A stretch of DNA of 64,000 nt, from the NCBI GenBank assembly GCA_943354965.1, contig CALRDN010000002.1, positions 38,029-102,028 of the forward strand. Reading direction: 5' to 3'. Each line of letters starts with the position of its first letter. Within the stretch, counting starts at the first letter, position 1. Made by a program: the position numbers and the translations under genes. The DNA is from Candidatus Peribacteria bacterium. Its GTDB lineage: Bacteria > Patescibacteriota > Gracilibacteria > UBA1369 > UBA12463. The notes beneath the pieces are model-generated. The model was not told where the DNA came from. It was given only the letters and a program-made list of their open reading frames with translations, and made no database searches. Positions 49,579 to 59,937 of this stretch are shown here, one piece after another.

Positions 49579-51184
49579 AATTAGTTTTTTTAAAGGTGGA
49601 AACCCATGGGGAGTTACGAAGGGTATTTTTATTACACTCCTTATTTTGGTGTTTAGTTTTTCGCTTGCCTATGCGGCTTATATTATCTCAATAGAAAGAG
49701 AATTGCAGGTGAAAAAAGATGAATTTCTCACGTCGGGAATCGCGGTTCAATTTGAAAACAGGAGTATAATCATCAGCCCGATCGCGGTCGAAACATTTGC
49801 CGACCAGGTGCAGGTGGCCCTCGTGGTTCCATCACTAGAGAAAAAATCAGCCGTGTTGAGACGTATCAAGGGGCAGTATAAGATCGACCCGGAAGTGATA
49901 GGGTTTAGATTGGATAGAGATGCTCTTTTAAGTGACCTCCAAGGGAGAGTAAGAACTTTTTCCAAGGTACCGATTGTGGCGAAACTAGTAAATGAGAGCC
50001 CGGAAATACTGCAATCCGATTTACGATCACAGCTACCTCGAATTCTGAAGAAGCTCGATACGCCAATTGTAGCATCATCCAAGGATTTTAGTTTCACGCT
50101 GCGGCTCAGAGACCATATGGATCTCGTAGAATTTCATAAAAATGCAGACATAGAGGTGAGTCTCACGAAAGACCCATTCACACAATTTGTTACGAACGAC
50201 TGGTTGAAAAAAATTAACAGACCAATGGTGGCTGTATCGATATCAAAAGGTAAGGGCGATAAGTTGCAGTTTGACGGGAAGGGTAAAAGCGGGCTGGTAT
50301 TAAATATAGAAGAATTGCGGCATGTTGCGAATACGGCGCTTCTGGGAGATATAGTCAAAATAGAGCTTCCCATCGAGGAGCAGCCATTTACAGTGAGTTC
50401 CTCGCCTGAGGTCCAGGCCATGGGTATCAAAGAAGTGTTGAGCGTGGGGCATACGACCTATTATGGCTCCCCTGCTAATCGCATGTTTAATATTAGCGTC
50501 GGTATGAGAAAATTTGACGGGGTCGTTATACCGCCAGGTGAGGTTTTTTCTTTTAACAAAAATTTAGGGCCGGTTGATGGAGGAAACGGATTTTTGAAGG
50601 AGTTGGTCATCAAACCGGAAGGCACTATTCCTGAGTTTGGAGGAGGCCTTTGCCAAGTGTCTACGACGGCGTATAGAGCGGCACTCTATGCCGGTCTGCC
50701 GATAGTAGAGCGCACTCCGCACTCATATGCCGTGAGCTATTACTCCCAGGTTGGAGGGCATGGCATCGATGCAACAATTTATCCCGGAGTGAGAGATTTG
50801 AAATTTAAGAATGATACATCAGGAAGCATCGCTATGCAGTCGTACGCAGAGGGGTCTGAGGCGTATTTTATTCTCTATGGCAGTAATGATGGCCGTACGG
50901 TGAAGATGGAGGGCCCTGATATCACTAATCGCCATAGCGATGGAACTACGGAAAATACCAAGACGACTACATTGCCGGTAGGGAAAATACAGCGAATAGA
51001 AACCGCCCATCAGGGATTCAATACGCTCTGGTACCGTTACATAACTCTTCCGGGAGGCCTAGCATCAAAAGAAGAAATCGCCAGCCAGTATAGGGCTACG
51101 AGAAACAGGTTCCTCGTAGGGGCCACGGCAGAAGAAATCGCAGGAGGAGTGAAGGGACCAGCAACGCCAAGTTTCAAGGACTAG
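49571..51184 (+). CDS. VanW-family protein
   Basis: NRMFNI, PGEVFSFN, GGGLCQVSTT, ERTPHS, GIDATI and DLKFKN motifs; N-terminal TM. Confidence 0.9.
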   Translation: MNKISFFKGGNPWGVTKGIFITLLILVFSFSLAYAAYIISIERELQVKKDEFLTSGIAVQFENRSIIISPIAVETFADQVQVALVVPSLEKKSAVLRRIKGQYKIDPEVIGFRLDRDALLSDLQGRVRTFSKVPIVAKLVNESPEILQSDLRSQLPRILKKLDTPIVASSKDFSFTLRLRDHMDLVEFHKNADIEVSLTKDPFTQFVTNDWLKKINRPMVAVSISKGKGDKLQFDGKGKSGLVLNIEELRHVANTALLGDIVKIELPIEEQPFTVSSSPEVQAMGIKEVLSVGHTTYYGSPANRMFNISVGMRKFDGVVIPPGEVFSFNKNLGPVDGGNGFLKELVIKPEGTIPEFGGGLCQVSTTAYRAALYAGLPIVERTPHSYAVSYYSQVGGHGIDATIYPGVRDLKFKNDTSGSIAMQSYAEGSEAYFILYGSNDGRTVKMEGPDITNRHSDGTTENTKTTTLPVGKIQRIETAHQGFNTLWYRYITLPGGLASKEEIASQYRATRNRFLVGATAEEIAGGVKGPATPSFKD

Positions 51185-51192
51185 GCGAAGGA

Positions 51193-51993
51193 CTAAATGA
51201 GTGATGTGTTGGAGTCGTCAGGTATGCCACTCTTATTATCGATGCGCTTGAGGAGGACTCGTGCGGTTTTTCGAAGAGAGCTCTTTGCTCCTTCATGCTT
51301 AAGGATATTCTGGACAATAGTTCGTGCCGGAATAAGCTCTTCCATATCACAATAGGTCTCAGCCAATAGAAGACGATAGTCATTATGTTGGGGATCAAGT
51401 CGGAAGGCCTTTTGTATGGCCTCAACGGCAGATGGATAATCCCCTAGCTCTCGATATACATGGGCCAGGCTGATGTATCGTGCTGCTCTATTTGGATCGA
51501 GAGCGATAGCTTCTTTATAGACGTTTTTAGCTTCTTCAAAATTATGCTGCATATAGAGCGCCATTCCCAAATTCGATAACGCGAGTGGGTCCTTGGGGGA
51601 GATGGCGAGTATCTTTCTGAATATTGCCTCTGCCTTCTTGGCGAGCTGTTTCTTGAGATAGATTAATCCCAGTCTCATATTGGTCTCGATGTGTTCGTCA
51701 TCCAGAGAAAGGACCTGGATATAGAGACGTTCCGCCTCATCTAGATCGCCATTTTCAAAGTAAGCCTCCGCACTCATAAACGTATCCTTCAGCGTTTTTT
51801 GCTGTTCGGGCGTGAGGAGAAGCATCTCAACTTGCTGCTCTTTTTCCTCCTGTTTTTCGGCGACTCTTTTTACATGAAGACGCTGGAGCATTTCTTTTGC
51901 CCAAGAACCTTTTTGCTGAAGCTCAAGGTGTTTTTTCCAGTAGACGAGAACTAAACCGACGGCCGATATTAAACCAAGAAAAAAATAGATCAT
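51193..51993 (-). CDS. Membrane-anchored TPR protein
   Basis: N-terminal TM and about 5 TPR repeats (A..Y..AI.LDP pattern). Confidence 0.85.
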   Translation of the reverse strand: MIYFFLGLISAVGLVLVYWKKHLELQQKGSWAKEMLQRLHVKRVAEKQEEKEQQVEMLLLTPEQQKTLKDTFMSAEAYFENGDLDEAERLYIQVLSLDDEHIETNMRLGLIYLKKQLAKKAEAIFRKILAISPKDPLALSNLGMALYMQHNFEEAKNVYKEAIALDPNRAARYISLAHVYRELGDYPSAVEAIQKAFRLDPQHNDYRLLLAETYCDMEELIPARTIVQNILKHEGAKSSLRKTARVLLKRIDNKSGIPDDSNTSLI

Positions 51994-52019
51994 ATAGCGG
52001 GGTGCAGTATATATCGAAA

Positions 52020-52928
52020 TTAGAAGGAAAGCATCATATTTTCCAGAAGCAGCCGTGGATTCACATGTTGGCGCAAGGCGGTTTTCGAGGCGATGATTTT
52101 ATCCAACAATGCGAGGTAACGAGCATCTGTTCCCGGTCCCACTTCTATCATTTTCTTCCTGGCAAGATGAGTGAAAATATCCAAAAAAATACCAACCTTA
52201 TTCGAGTCTTCAATCAACTCCTGGAGATAGGCAAAACGTTCGAATATATTATTAAAGGCAAAAAAGCGGTTTATATCGCGATACAACATCGTATAAAACT
52301 CCATCATATCGGGATCTTCCAAGATTTTAAAAGCGACTCCCGGCCTCCCGAGAGATAGTTCACAAGCCAATTCCAGCGTCTTCGGTTCACGATCCATGTA
52401 CTCCAGACTTAGAAAATCCAAAAGTTCGGCACTTGAACAGGTCTGGAAATTCAAGGTTCGGGACCTCGAAATTACCGTCGGAAGAAGCTCAAGAATATTA
52501 TCCGTCGTAATCATAAAAAGTGTCTGTGGCGGCGGCTCTTCAAGCATCTTGAGCAAACAGTTCGCGGCCTCGGTAGTCATACGTTCAGCGCGCTCAATGA
52601 TAACGATTTTGTATCGCGCACTCGGCGTGAGATAGAGGCGATTCAGGAGATCCCTAATAGCATCAATCCCGAGCGTCTCCCCATCATCCCGGAACTCCAT
52701 CGTCTCGCTATGGATGCCTTTGCTAATTTGGGAGCATGTCACACAGTCATGACAAAACCCCTGTTCGCACTGGAGAATATGCGCCATCGTTAGGGCAACG
52801 GTATGTTTCCCAATCTGCGGCGGCCCCGCAAAAATATAGGAGTGAGCAACGTTCTCAGTCTCCACATCCTTCTCGAGCTGCTCCAGCAGCGGAAGATGCC
52901 CTACGATATGCCAACGATAACGAGTCAT
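52020..52928 (-). CDS. holB: DNA polymerase III delta' subunit
   Basis: HSYIFAGPPQIGK, zinc cluster, AANCLLKMLEEP and LPTVISR. Confidence 0.9.
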   Translation of the reverse strand: MTRYRWHIVGHLPLLEQLEKDVETENVAHSYIFAGPPQIGKHTVALTMAHILQCEQGFCHDCVTCSQISKGIHSETMEFRDDGETLGIDAIRDLLNRLYLTPSARYKIVIIERAERMTTEAANCLLKMLEEPPPQTLFMITTDNILELLPTVISRSRTLNFQTCSSAELLDFLSLEYMDREPKTLELACELSLGRPGVAFKILEDPDMMEFYTMLYRDINRFFAFNNIFERFAYLQELIEDSNKVGIFLDIFTHLARKKMIEVGPGTDARYLALLDKIIASKTALRQHVNPRLLLENMMLSF

Positions 52929-52946
52929 GTAGTTTGTATAATGAGT

Positions 52947-54281
52947 TTACGCGTCCGTCCAATCTTGTCGTGCCAGGAGGCTCTGTGCCTGCGAAGGATC
53001 CTTCATCAGTGCCTTCACTACCCTCTCTAACCGTACCTTATTTTGTGACCCTTTTACAAGAACGATATCCCCATTTTGTAGCTTTGGCTTGAGATATTCC
53101 GCCGCCGCCATAGCGTCATTGAAGGAGAGTATTTTCATAGACTGCGCGTGACGTTTTTCTATCTCAAGGGCGCATAATTTTGCCATGTCCCCTACCGTCA
53201 CAAGAACATCGATCTTCCCGCTCAAAAAAGATGCCATATTTCTATGTTCTCTTTCAGAAATTTCTCCGAGCTCATTCATATTGCCAAACACAAAAATTCT
53301 GCGCGCGCAGAATTTTTGGGATCCCGTTTCCGTTTTTGCCTTTATCTCTTCCGTCAACTCGCACAGTGTATTCACGGCCGCCCGCACCGCGTCAGGTGAA
53401 GCATTATACGAGCTATCAATAATGAGAGATCCGTTCACGCCATCGATGGCAGATAATCTTCCAGGAGGCAGCGTAAACGTTGCCAAGCGCTTGGCGATAT
53501 CCCGCATGTACATGCCGAGAAAGAGACCACATCCGATAGCTGGCAATAGAGACGAAATATGCTGCTTCCCCAAAATCGGAGCTCGTATCTGCTCAATCAC
53601 CTCTCCATATTTTGCCTCAAAAACCAGACCATCGCGGCCACTTTGTATATCATCAGCCCGCAATTTCGCCGCCTCTCCCGTTCCATACATAATTACCTTC
53701 GGGCTCATTTTATTTTTATTCATCTCCAAACCCAGTCCCCTGCACTGCTCATCATCATAATTGAGCAACATCGCCCCATCACTCTTGACCGCTTTTGCCA
53801 GTTTTGCCTTCTCCTGGAAAATCGCATCCATATCAGCAAACTGACCATCCGCCATATGCACCGGATGCACTCCCGTAAACACGCCAATATCCAAATTTCC
53901 AATAACGCCAACGAGCTGATCCATATCCCCCGGCTTGTCCACGCCCATTTCCAGAATGAGAATATCGTAATCTACACGTGCAAATATTCCCATCCACACA
54001 GCCAAAATCAGATTTTTCGCCCACCCAATCACCGAAGAAAACTCACTCGTGAGCTCGAGAATAGTGAGCGGCAAGCCAAATTCCGTATTATAACTTTTTA
54101 CACTGCTTAGTACTCGGAACTGTCCGCGTAATACATGCGCAATCGCTTCTTTGCAGGTCGTCTTCCCGATAGATCCGGTCACGCCGATCACTTTTACGCC
54201 ATTTCGTCTCATCCGAGCAAGCCGCGCACGTGCACATGCCGTCAAAACCCCCAAAACAAAAGATCGAAATAGTGCTTTCAT
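52947..54281 (-). CDS. murF: UDP-N-acetylmuramoyl-tripeptide--D-Ala-D-Ala ligase
   Basis: GVTGSIGKTT, NTEFGLP, LEMGVD, DSSYNASP, GNMNELG and LVKGS motifs. Confidence 0.92.
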   Translation of the reverse strand: MKALFRSFVLGVLTACARARLARMRRNGVKVIGVTGSIGKTTCKEAIAHVLRGQFRVLSSVKSYNTEFGLPLTILELTSEFSSVIGWAKNLILAVWMGIFARVDYDILILEMGVDKPGDMDQLVGVIGNLDIGVFTGVHPVHMADGQFADMDAIFQEKAKLAKAVKSDGAMLLNYDDEQCRGLGLEMNKNKMSPKVIMYGTGEAAKLRADDIQSGRDGLVFEAKYGEVIEQIRAPILGKQHISSLLPAIGCGLFLGMYMRDIAKRLATFTLPPGRLSAIDGVNGSLIIDSSYNASPDAVRAAVNTLCELTEEIKAKTETGSQKFCARRIFVFGNMNELGEISEREHRNMASFLSGKIDVLVTVGDMAKLCALEIEKRHAQSMKILSFNDAMAAAEYLKPKLQNGDIVLVKGSQNKVRLERVVKALMKDPSQAQSLLARQDWTDA

Positions 54282-54300
54282 AGTGCCAAAATAGTAACAG

Positions 54301-54340
54301 AAAAAGGCCCGGAAGAATACTTATTTCTCCGGACCCTTTT
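54301..54340 (-). terminator. Probable terminator after rplT
   Basis: Imperfect stem (GGTCCGGA..TCCGGGCC) followed by a T-run on the minus strand. Confidence 0.55.
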
Positions 54341-54361
54341 ATATGATGATGCTAATGCTTA

Positions 54362-54766
54362 TTACTTCGTTGCTGCAACTTTCTTCGCTTTAGGAGCCTT
54401 GAATACCGGTCCAGTGACCCCAGTCTTGGCTACCTCAACGATTTTGGCGAATACCTCAGGCTCAGTTCGAGCAATCTCGGCCATAACCTTACGGTCGATC
54501 AAGATAGCTTTTTTGGTAAGACCCTCGATAAGACGGCTGTATGAGATTCCGAGAGCTCGGCAAGCGCCGTTCAAACGGGTAATCCAGAGAGCTCGCATAA
54601 GTCTCTTCTTGATCTTTCGATCTACGTAAGAATGTTCGCCGGCCTTCATCCAAGCAGTCTTGGCTTGTTTAAAGGTACGACTTCGAAGTCCTCGGTAGCC
54701 TTTTGTGGCCTTGAGAAGTTTCTTGTGACGGGCTTTGGTGGTGACACCTCGTTTGACGCGTGGCAT
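54362..54766 (-). CDS. rplT: 50S ribosomal protein L20 (Lys/Ala-rich C-terminal tail)
   Basis: MPRVKRG..KGYRG..RALWITRLN..IDRK. Confidence 0.97.
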   Translation of the reverse strand: MPRVKRGVTTKARHKKLLKATKGYRGLRSRTFKQAKTAWMKAGEHSYVDRKIKKRLMRALWITRLNGACRALGISYSRLIEGLTKKAILIDRKVMAEIARTEPEVFAKIVEVAKTGVTGPVFKAPKAKKVAATK

Positions 54767-54788
54767 ATAGAAAGATTAGGGGAATATA

Positions 54789-54986
54789 TTAATTCATACG
54801 TAACATACCTTTGATTCGGTGAATCTCTCCAGTGTGCTCCTGGATGACACCCTTTCGGAAGCTTCGCTTCTGTCTCTTGGTCTTATTAACCAATAAGTGA
54901 CGGTGAGCGGCCTTAGCAAATTTGATTTTGCCTGTAGCAGTAAGCTTGAATCGCTTTTTAGCTCCGCTGTGTGTTTTTGACTTCAT
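54789..54986 (-). CDS. rpmI: 50S ribosomal protein L35
   Basis: KTHSGAKKRFKLTATGK..HLL. Confidence 0.96.
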   Translation of the reverse strand: MKSKTHSGAKKRFKLTATGKIKFAKAAHRHLLVNKTKRQKRSFRKGVIQEHTGEIHRIKGMLRMN

Positions 54987-54997
54987 AAAAAAGAGAA

Positions 54998-55579
54998 TTA
55001 CGGTGTTATATTGTCCGCATCAGCTTTACCGGTCGTCCCGGAAGTGATGGGACTCGATTGTGCCACAGAAGTGGCTGCGGGCGCAAGCATCATTATCAAC
55101 TGATTTCCCTGTCTCTTGGCACTATCCTCAATTTTTGCGACATCTTCGAGCATTTTATAAAGCTCATTCAGCTTCTCATGCCCCAAATGGAGATGAGCCG
55201 CCTCACGGCCACGGAACATAAGGGTAACTTTCACTAAATTGCGTGCCAGGAGGAACTTTTTGGCCTGTTTGGCCCTCACCTCAAGGTCATGAGTATCAGT
55301 TCGGAGGGATATTCTGATGCCTTTTACCTCAGTTTGCTTCTGTTGAGCCTTGTGCTTACGCTCCATTTTCTGCTGACGGTAGACATATTTGCCATAATCC
55401 ATGATTTTACAGACAGGAGGATTAGCATTAGGTGCTACCTCTACGAGGTCTAATTCCTGCTCTCGAGCCATTTCTTTAGCCCGCTCAATGAGGAAAACGC
55501 CCATTGGCTCCCCTTCTCCATCGATCAGGCGAACGCTCGCCGACCGGATCTGATCATTAATTCGTATGTGTTTACTCAT
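54998..55579 (-). CDS. infC: Translation initiation factor IF-3
   Basis: RINDQI, LDLVEVAPNANPPVCKIMDYGK and FRGRE motifs; ATG at 55579. Confidence 0.95.
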   Translation of the reverse strand: MSKHIRINDQIRSASVRLIDGEGEPMGVFLIERAKEMAREQELDLVEVAPNANPPVCKIMDYGKYVYRQQKMERKHKAQQKQTEVKGIRISLRTDTHDLEVRAKQAKKFLLARNLVKVTLMFRGREAAHLHLGHEKLNELYKMLEDVAKIEDSAKRQGNQLIMMLAPAATSVAQSSPITSGTTGKADADNITP

Positions 55580-55696
55580 GTAGTCGGATTGTATGGCATA
55601 CGGGCACCAAACGCAAGTGAAGGTGCCTGTAGGATTCCGTTTCCATTTTGTATCCCGATTGCCTTCCTGCTCCCGTTTCTTTACAATACCCTCACT

Positions 55697-56755
55697 ATGC
55701 ATCCACGAAGACCATCTCGGGTAGTCAATATAGGAAACGTCGCCATAGGAGGCCAGAATCCGGTCGCTATTCAGTCGATGTGCACGACCAAAACGCATGA
55801 TGTGAAGGCAACGGTGAAACAAATTCTCGCCCTCGAAAAAGTTGGCTGTGAAATTATTCGCGTCACGGTGCCATTTCCGAAGGATGCAGAGGCGCTTCCG
55901 GAAATTATAAAAAAAATCCATATACCATTAGTGGCTGATATTCATTTTGATTATCGTATGGCAATCGCCTCTCTCCAAAATGGGGCCGCAAAAATTCGTA
56001 TTAATCCAGGGAATATAGGGAAAAAAGAATGGGTAGAGGAAATCATTACCGTTGCGAAGAAATTAAAAAAACCAATGCGCATAGGCGTAAACGCCGGATC
56101 ACTCGAAAAAGATTTATGGGAAAAATATGGACGTCCCTCCCCTGAGGCTCTTGTCGAATCCGCCATTAGATGGATTCAATTTTTTGAAAAACATAATTAT
56201 CATGATCTCGTAATCGCCCTTAAGAGTAGTAACGTTCCCGAGATGATTGAGTCATATGAGCGTATCGCCGCAAAGTGCGATTATCCGCTGCACTTAGGCG
56301 TTACTGAGGCTGGAACATTTGTAACAGGGGGTATAAAAAGCGCCGTAGGAATTGGTACGCTTCTCTATCAAGGTATCGGGGACACTATAAGAGTATCTCT
56401 GACGGAAGATCCTCTGGAAGAAATAAAAGTGGCCAAAGAAATTCTCAAATCACTCAATCTCTACCAAAAAGAAAGGACAGTTATCGCCTGCCCTACATGC
56501 GGACGTGTGGAAGTTGATCTCATTAAATTAGCGCATGAGGTAGAGAAAAAAACAGCGCATATCAAAAAACCGATCAAGATCGCCGTGATGGGATGTGTTG
56601 TGAATGGCCCCGGGGAATCACGAGAGGCCGACTATGGAGTAGCGGCCGGACGAGGATGTGGAATTATATATAGACATGGAAAGATTATCAAAACCGTTCC
56701 GGAAAAATCCTTGGTAAGAGAATTGCTCGCAATTATTGACGCCGACAATCTATGA
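55697..56755 (+). CDS. ispG: HMBPP synthase
   Basis: IQSM, PLVADIHF, RINPGN, RIGVNAGSL, LHLGVTEAG, CPTCGR and GCVVNGPGE motifs. Confidence 0.96.
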   Translation: MHPRRPSRVVNIGNVAIGGQNPVAIQSMCTTKTHDVKATVKQILALEKVGCEIIRVTVPFPKDAEALPEIIKKIHIPLVADIHFDYRMAIASLQNGAAKIRINPGNIGKKEWVEEIITVAKKLKKPMRIGVNAGSLEKDLWEKYGRPSPEALVESAIRWIQFFEKHNYHDLVIALKSSNVPEMIESYERIAAKCDYPLHLGVTEAGTFVTGGIKSAVGIGTLLYQGIGDTIRVSLTEDPLEEIKVAKEILKSLNLYQKERTVIACPTCGRVEVDLIKLAHEVEKKTAHIKKPIKIAVMGCVVNGPGESREADYGVAAGRGCGIIYRHGKIIKTVPEKSLVRELLAIIDADNL

Positions 56756-57888
56756 AAAATATAGTTATTCTCGGCGCAACCGGTTCAATCGGAACACAAG
56801 TTCTCGATGTGATCCGTCAAAATCCGGACAAATTCCATATTATAGGAATGGCAGCATCAGGCCACAATACTGAGCTTTTTTCAAAACTCGTGCATGAATT
56901 TGAGCCGGAAAGAATATGCCTCACCGACCCGGAAAAACTTCTTAAACTCAAAATCGAGCGATATCCCATTTCAAAAAAATTTCCAGAACTTCTCCCCGGG
57001 GATGAGGGTATCACCGAGATGATTCGCGATCCAAATGTAGAAATGGTAGTGAACGCGATTAGTGGTATGGAGGGAATTATGCATACCATTACGGCCATAC
57101 AGCAGAAGAAAACGGTACTCATCGCCAATAAGGAAAGTCTCGTAAGCGCCGGCTCGCTCATACTGGAGCTCGCCATCAAGCATCAAACTCTTATCGTTCC
57201 AATCGATTCAGAAATCACCGGAATTATTCAGTGTCTCGAGGGGAGAAGTGAGCAAAATATAGAAAAAATAATACTCCCCTGCACCGGTGGACCATTTTAT
57301 GGAATGTCAAAAAAACAGCTAGCCAAGGTCACAAAGGAAGACGCGCTCAATCACCCTATTTGGAAAATGGGAGAAAAAATAAGTATTGATTCCGCGACCC
57401 TAATGAATAAAGGGTTCGAGCTGATGGTGGCTCACGCTTTCTTCAAAATTCCCGTTTCTCAGATAGAAATAGTGATACATCCCGAATCAATTATCCACGG
57501 AATGATTCAGTGGAAGGATGGAAATATTACGGCGACTATGTCCCCTCCTGATATGCGTTTTGCTATTCAGTATGCGCTTTTCTTCCCTGAGCGAGAGGAG
57601 ACGAAATTTCCCCGTTTAGACTTCGGAAAAATGTCGAAACTTACCTTCCAGAAACCGGATGAGTCAGTGCACGAATCGCTAACGCTCGCCCGCGGTGCCG
57701 CACAAATTCAAGGGAACATGCCGGCAATTCTCAACCATGCCAACGACGAGGCGGTAGGAAGATTTCTTAAAAATGAAATTTCATTCATAGAGATAGGGCC
57801 ATGTATTCGCGAGCATATCTCAAAACATGACTTCTCGGACGAGCCGAATATGGAAGAACTTATTGAGTTACAGCGATGTCATTTATGA
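56752..57888 (+). CDS. dxr: 1-deoxy-D-xylulose 5-phosphate reductoisomerase
   Basis: ILGATGSIG, ANKESLV, PIDSE, HPIWKMGEKISIDSATLMNKG and HPESIIHG motifs. Confidence 0.93.
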   Translation: MKNIVILGATGSIGTQVLDVIRQNPDKFHIIGMAASGHNTELFSKLVHEFEPERICLTDPEKLLKLKIERYPISKKFPELLPGDEGITEMIRDPNVEMVVNAISGMEGIMHTITAIQQKKTVLIANKESLVSAGSLILELAIKHQTLIVPIDSEITGIIQCLEGRSEQNIEKIILPCTGGPFYGMSKKQLAKVTKEDALNHPIWKMGEKISIDSATLMNKGFELMVAHAFFKIPVSQIEIVIHPESIIHGMIQWKDGNITATMSPPDMRFAIQYALFFPEREETKFPRLDFGKMSKLTFQKPDESVHESLTLARGAAQIQGNMPAILNHANDEAVGRFLKNEISFIEIGPCIREHISKHDFSDEPNMEELIELQRCHL

Positions 57889-59033
57889 AAAATATTGCCA
57901 TTATTCTTGCAGCCGGAAAAAGTCTGCGGATGCAGGGGGTAGATAAGATAGAGACTATCGTTAATGATAAGCCATTAATTACCTATACCGTCGCGCCATT
58001 TTTAGAATCAAAATTAGTCGATGAAATTATTATCGCATGTAATAATGAAAATATTTCAGCACTAAAGGAAATATTTCCATCCAAGAAGTATAAAAATATT
58101 CATTTTACTATTGGTGGAGAAACGCGCTTCCAGTCAGCGAAAAATGCATTTACATATGCAAATAAAAAATTCAGTCTTTCCGGGAAATCCACTATTATAT
58201 TTCACAATTGCGGAAACGTACTCGCTACAAAACAAGAAATTAACGACACAATTATCACTGCGAAAAAATATGGCGCATGTATTGCTGCACGTCCCGCCTC
58301 TGACACACTCAAAAAAATATCATCCAAAAATCAGATCACTGAAACGATTGACCGCAAGGAGATTCTCTATGCGGAAACACCACAGACATTTCGTCTGGAT
58401 GTTCTCAAAAAAGCCTACGTGCAGCCGATTGAGACGACAGACGAGTCCTCTCTCGTGGAGCAATCCGGCCACGAGGTACACTGGATTCCAGCATCTACAT
58501 TCAACAGAAAAATTACAACGCAGCATGATATTGCTGTTACGAAGATGATACTTGAAAAAGAAAGTATAAATAAAAAGACATACTACGCTCTCGGAACCGA
58601 TATTCATTTTTTTGAAAAGAATACGAAAAAGAATCTCACACTTTGCGGGGTAATATGTAAAAAATTTCCAAAACTAGAGGCGAACTCTGACGGAGATGTT
58701 GCGATACACGCGCTTGCTACGGCCATTTCTCAGGGCATAGGTCAGGGGTCACTCGGAACATTCGCTACGGCACTTTGTAAAAAAGGAGTGAAAGACAGTA
58801 AAAAATATCTGAAATATATTCTCGAAAAAGCTCATGATAAAAACAAAAATATCATGCATGTGGGAATTCACTTCGAATGTAATATTCCAAAAATTGATCC
58901 ACTTGTTCCACGGATGAGAAAATCGTTATCGACAATTATGGGCATAGAAGAGGCTCAGATGAGCATCACGGCAACCACGCAGCCGTTGATAAGGGGTGGC
59001 ATTCGTTGTACGGCAATCGTGACAATGTATTAG
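57885..59033 (+). CDS. ispDF: Bifunctional IspD/IspF (divergent)
   Basis: ILAAGKSLRM..K, GGETR, ETPQ, TDE and NRKIT (IspD); GTDIH and SDGDVAIHA (IspF). Confidence 0.85.
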   Translation: MKNIAIILAAGKSLRMQGVDKIETIVNDKPLITYTVAPFLESKLVDEIIIACNNENISALKEIFPSKKYKNIHFTIGGETRFQSAKNAFTYANKKFSLSGKSTIIFHNCGNVLATKQEINDTIITAKKYGACIAARPASDTLKKISSKNQITETIDRKEILYAETPQTFRLDVLKKAYVQPIETTDESSLVEQSGHEVHWIPASTFNRKITTQHDIAVTKMILEKESINKKTYYALGTDIHFFEKNTKKNLTLCGVICKKFPKLEANSDGDVAIHALATAISQGIGQGSLGTFATALCKKGVKDSKKYLKYILEKAHDKNKNIMHVGIHFECNIPKIDPLVPRMRKSLSTIMGIEEAQMSITATTQPLIRGGIRCTAIVTMY

Positions 59034-59855
59034 CGATAATTTCGGAAGCGATCTCTATGTGCGGATGCCTGGTTGTCTCGGTACTGTGCATCCCATCGCT
59101 GAAGAGTGTCTTCCACCGCATCAGCATGACGGATTGTAGTGTTGGGCTGAGGAGTAGGGGTGGGGCTGGACTTGGGAATAACAGCGTTTTCCACCGCTTT
59201 GCGAATGGCCTTACATCTTCTATAGATAGGTGGAATAGTCTGTATGATGAGCGATGTAAGAGTAGTGATTAACGCTTCATCGGTGGTGCATAGATGGTCA
59301 TCATGCTCGAGCGGTATTGCATGGCGGTGAGCACCAACGTAGAGATTCCCGACCGTAACATCTGTTTCGACGGGAACAATAATAAAATCAAAATCAATTT
59401 CCGATGCGGCGTTTACTTTGAATGTTTCAAGTGCCGTAAGCCACATCTGAGGGATATTGATATTTTTGCGTATACCTAGAATAAATACGGCATCATTGGA
59501 TCGCAGGGAGTCAATAATACTCGATCGCATATTGCCCGCAAATGGCGGCGTGACTACGCCTTTTGAATAAAAGAGAGCAAGGTGTCGCGACGGGAAATAA
59601 ACGGAGCCATCGGGGCATTCTTCTTCGGGATCGAGTAACGCATCAGGTGGTAGTGTAATGATATCCTGTTAGTGTAATGATATCCTGTTGGGGATAAAAT
59701 ACGGTAATATCTCGGATGGCGGTCATGGACATAGGCGGACGTGGAAGAGAAGGTTTTTCACGAAGCTGATTCACGCGATCGTGGTAGCTGGTTCGTGTTG
59801 CGGCGATACGAGCAAGATCCAGTATGGGGGTGTTATTTGGGCCATTTAGAGACAT
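59030..59855 (-). pseudogene. Hypothetical gene frameshifted by a perfect 19-bp tandem duplication
   Basis: TAGTGTAATGATATCCTGT occurs twice (59651-59688). Deleting one copy joins the two ORFs into a 268-aa frame. Confidence 0.75.
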
Positions 59856-59937
59856 AGGTGTGCATTTTAGATAACAATAGCAGGGCCAACACGGTATAAT
59901 ATAAAATGAGAATAATGTCGAGCGAGTATCGCGTATT

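Noticed and set aside
55568..55921. Long overlapping N-terminal extensions of infC and ispG
   Set aside because: Homology begins at 55579 and 55697 respectively; the extensions only reflect open antisense frames.
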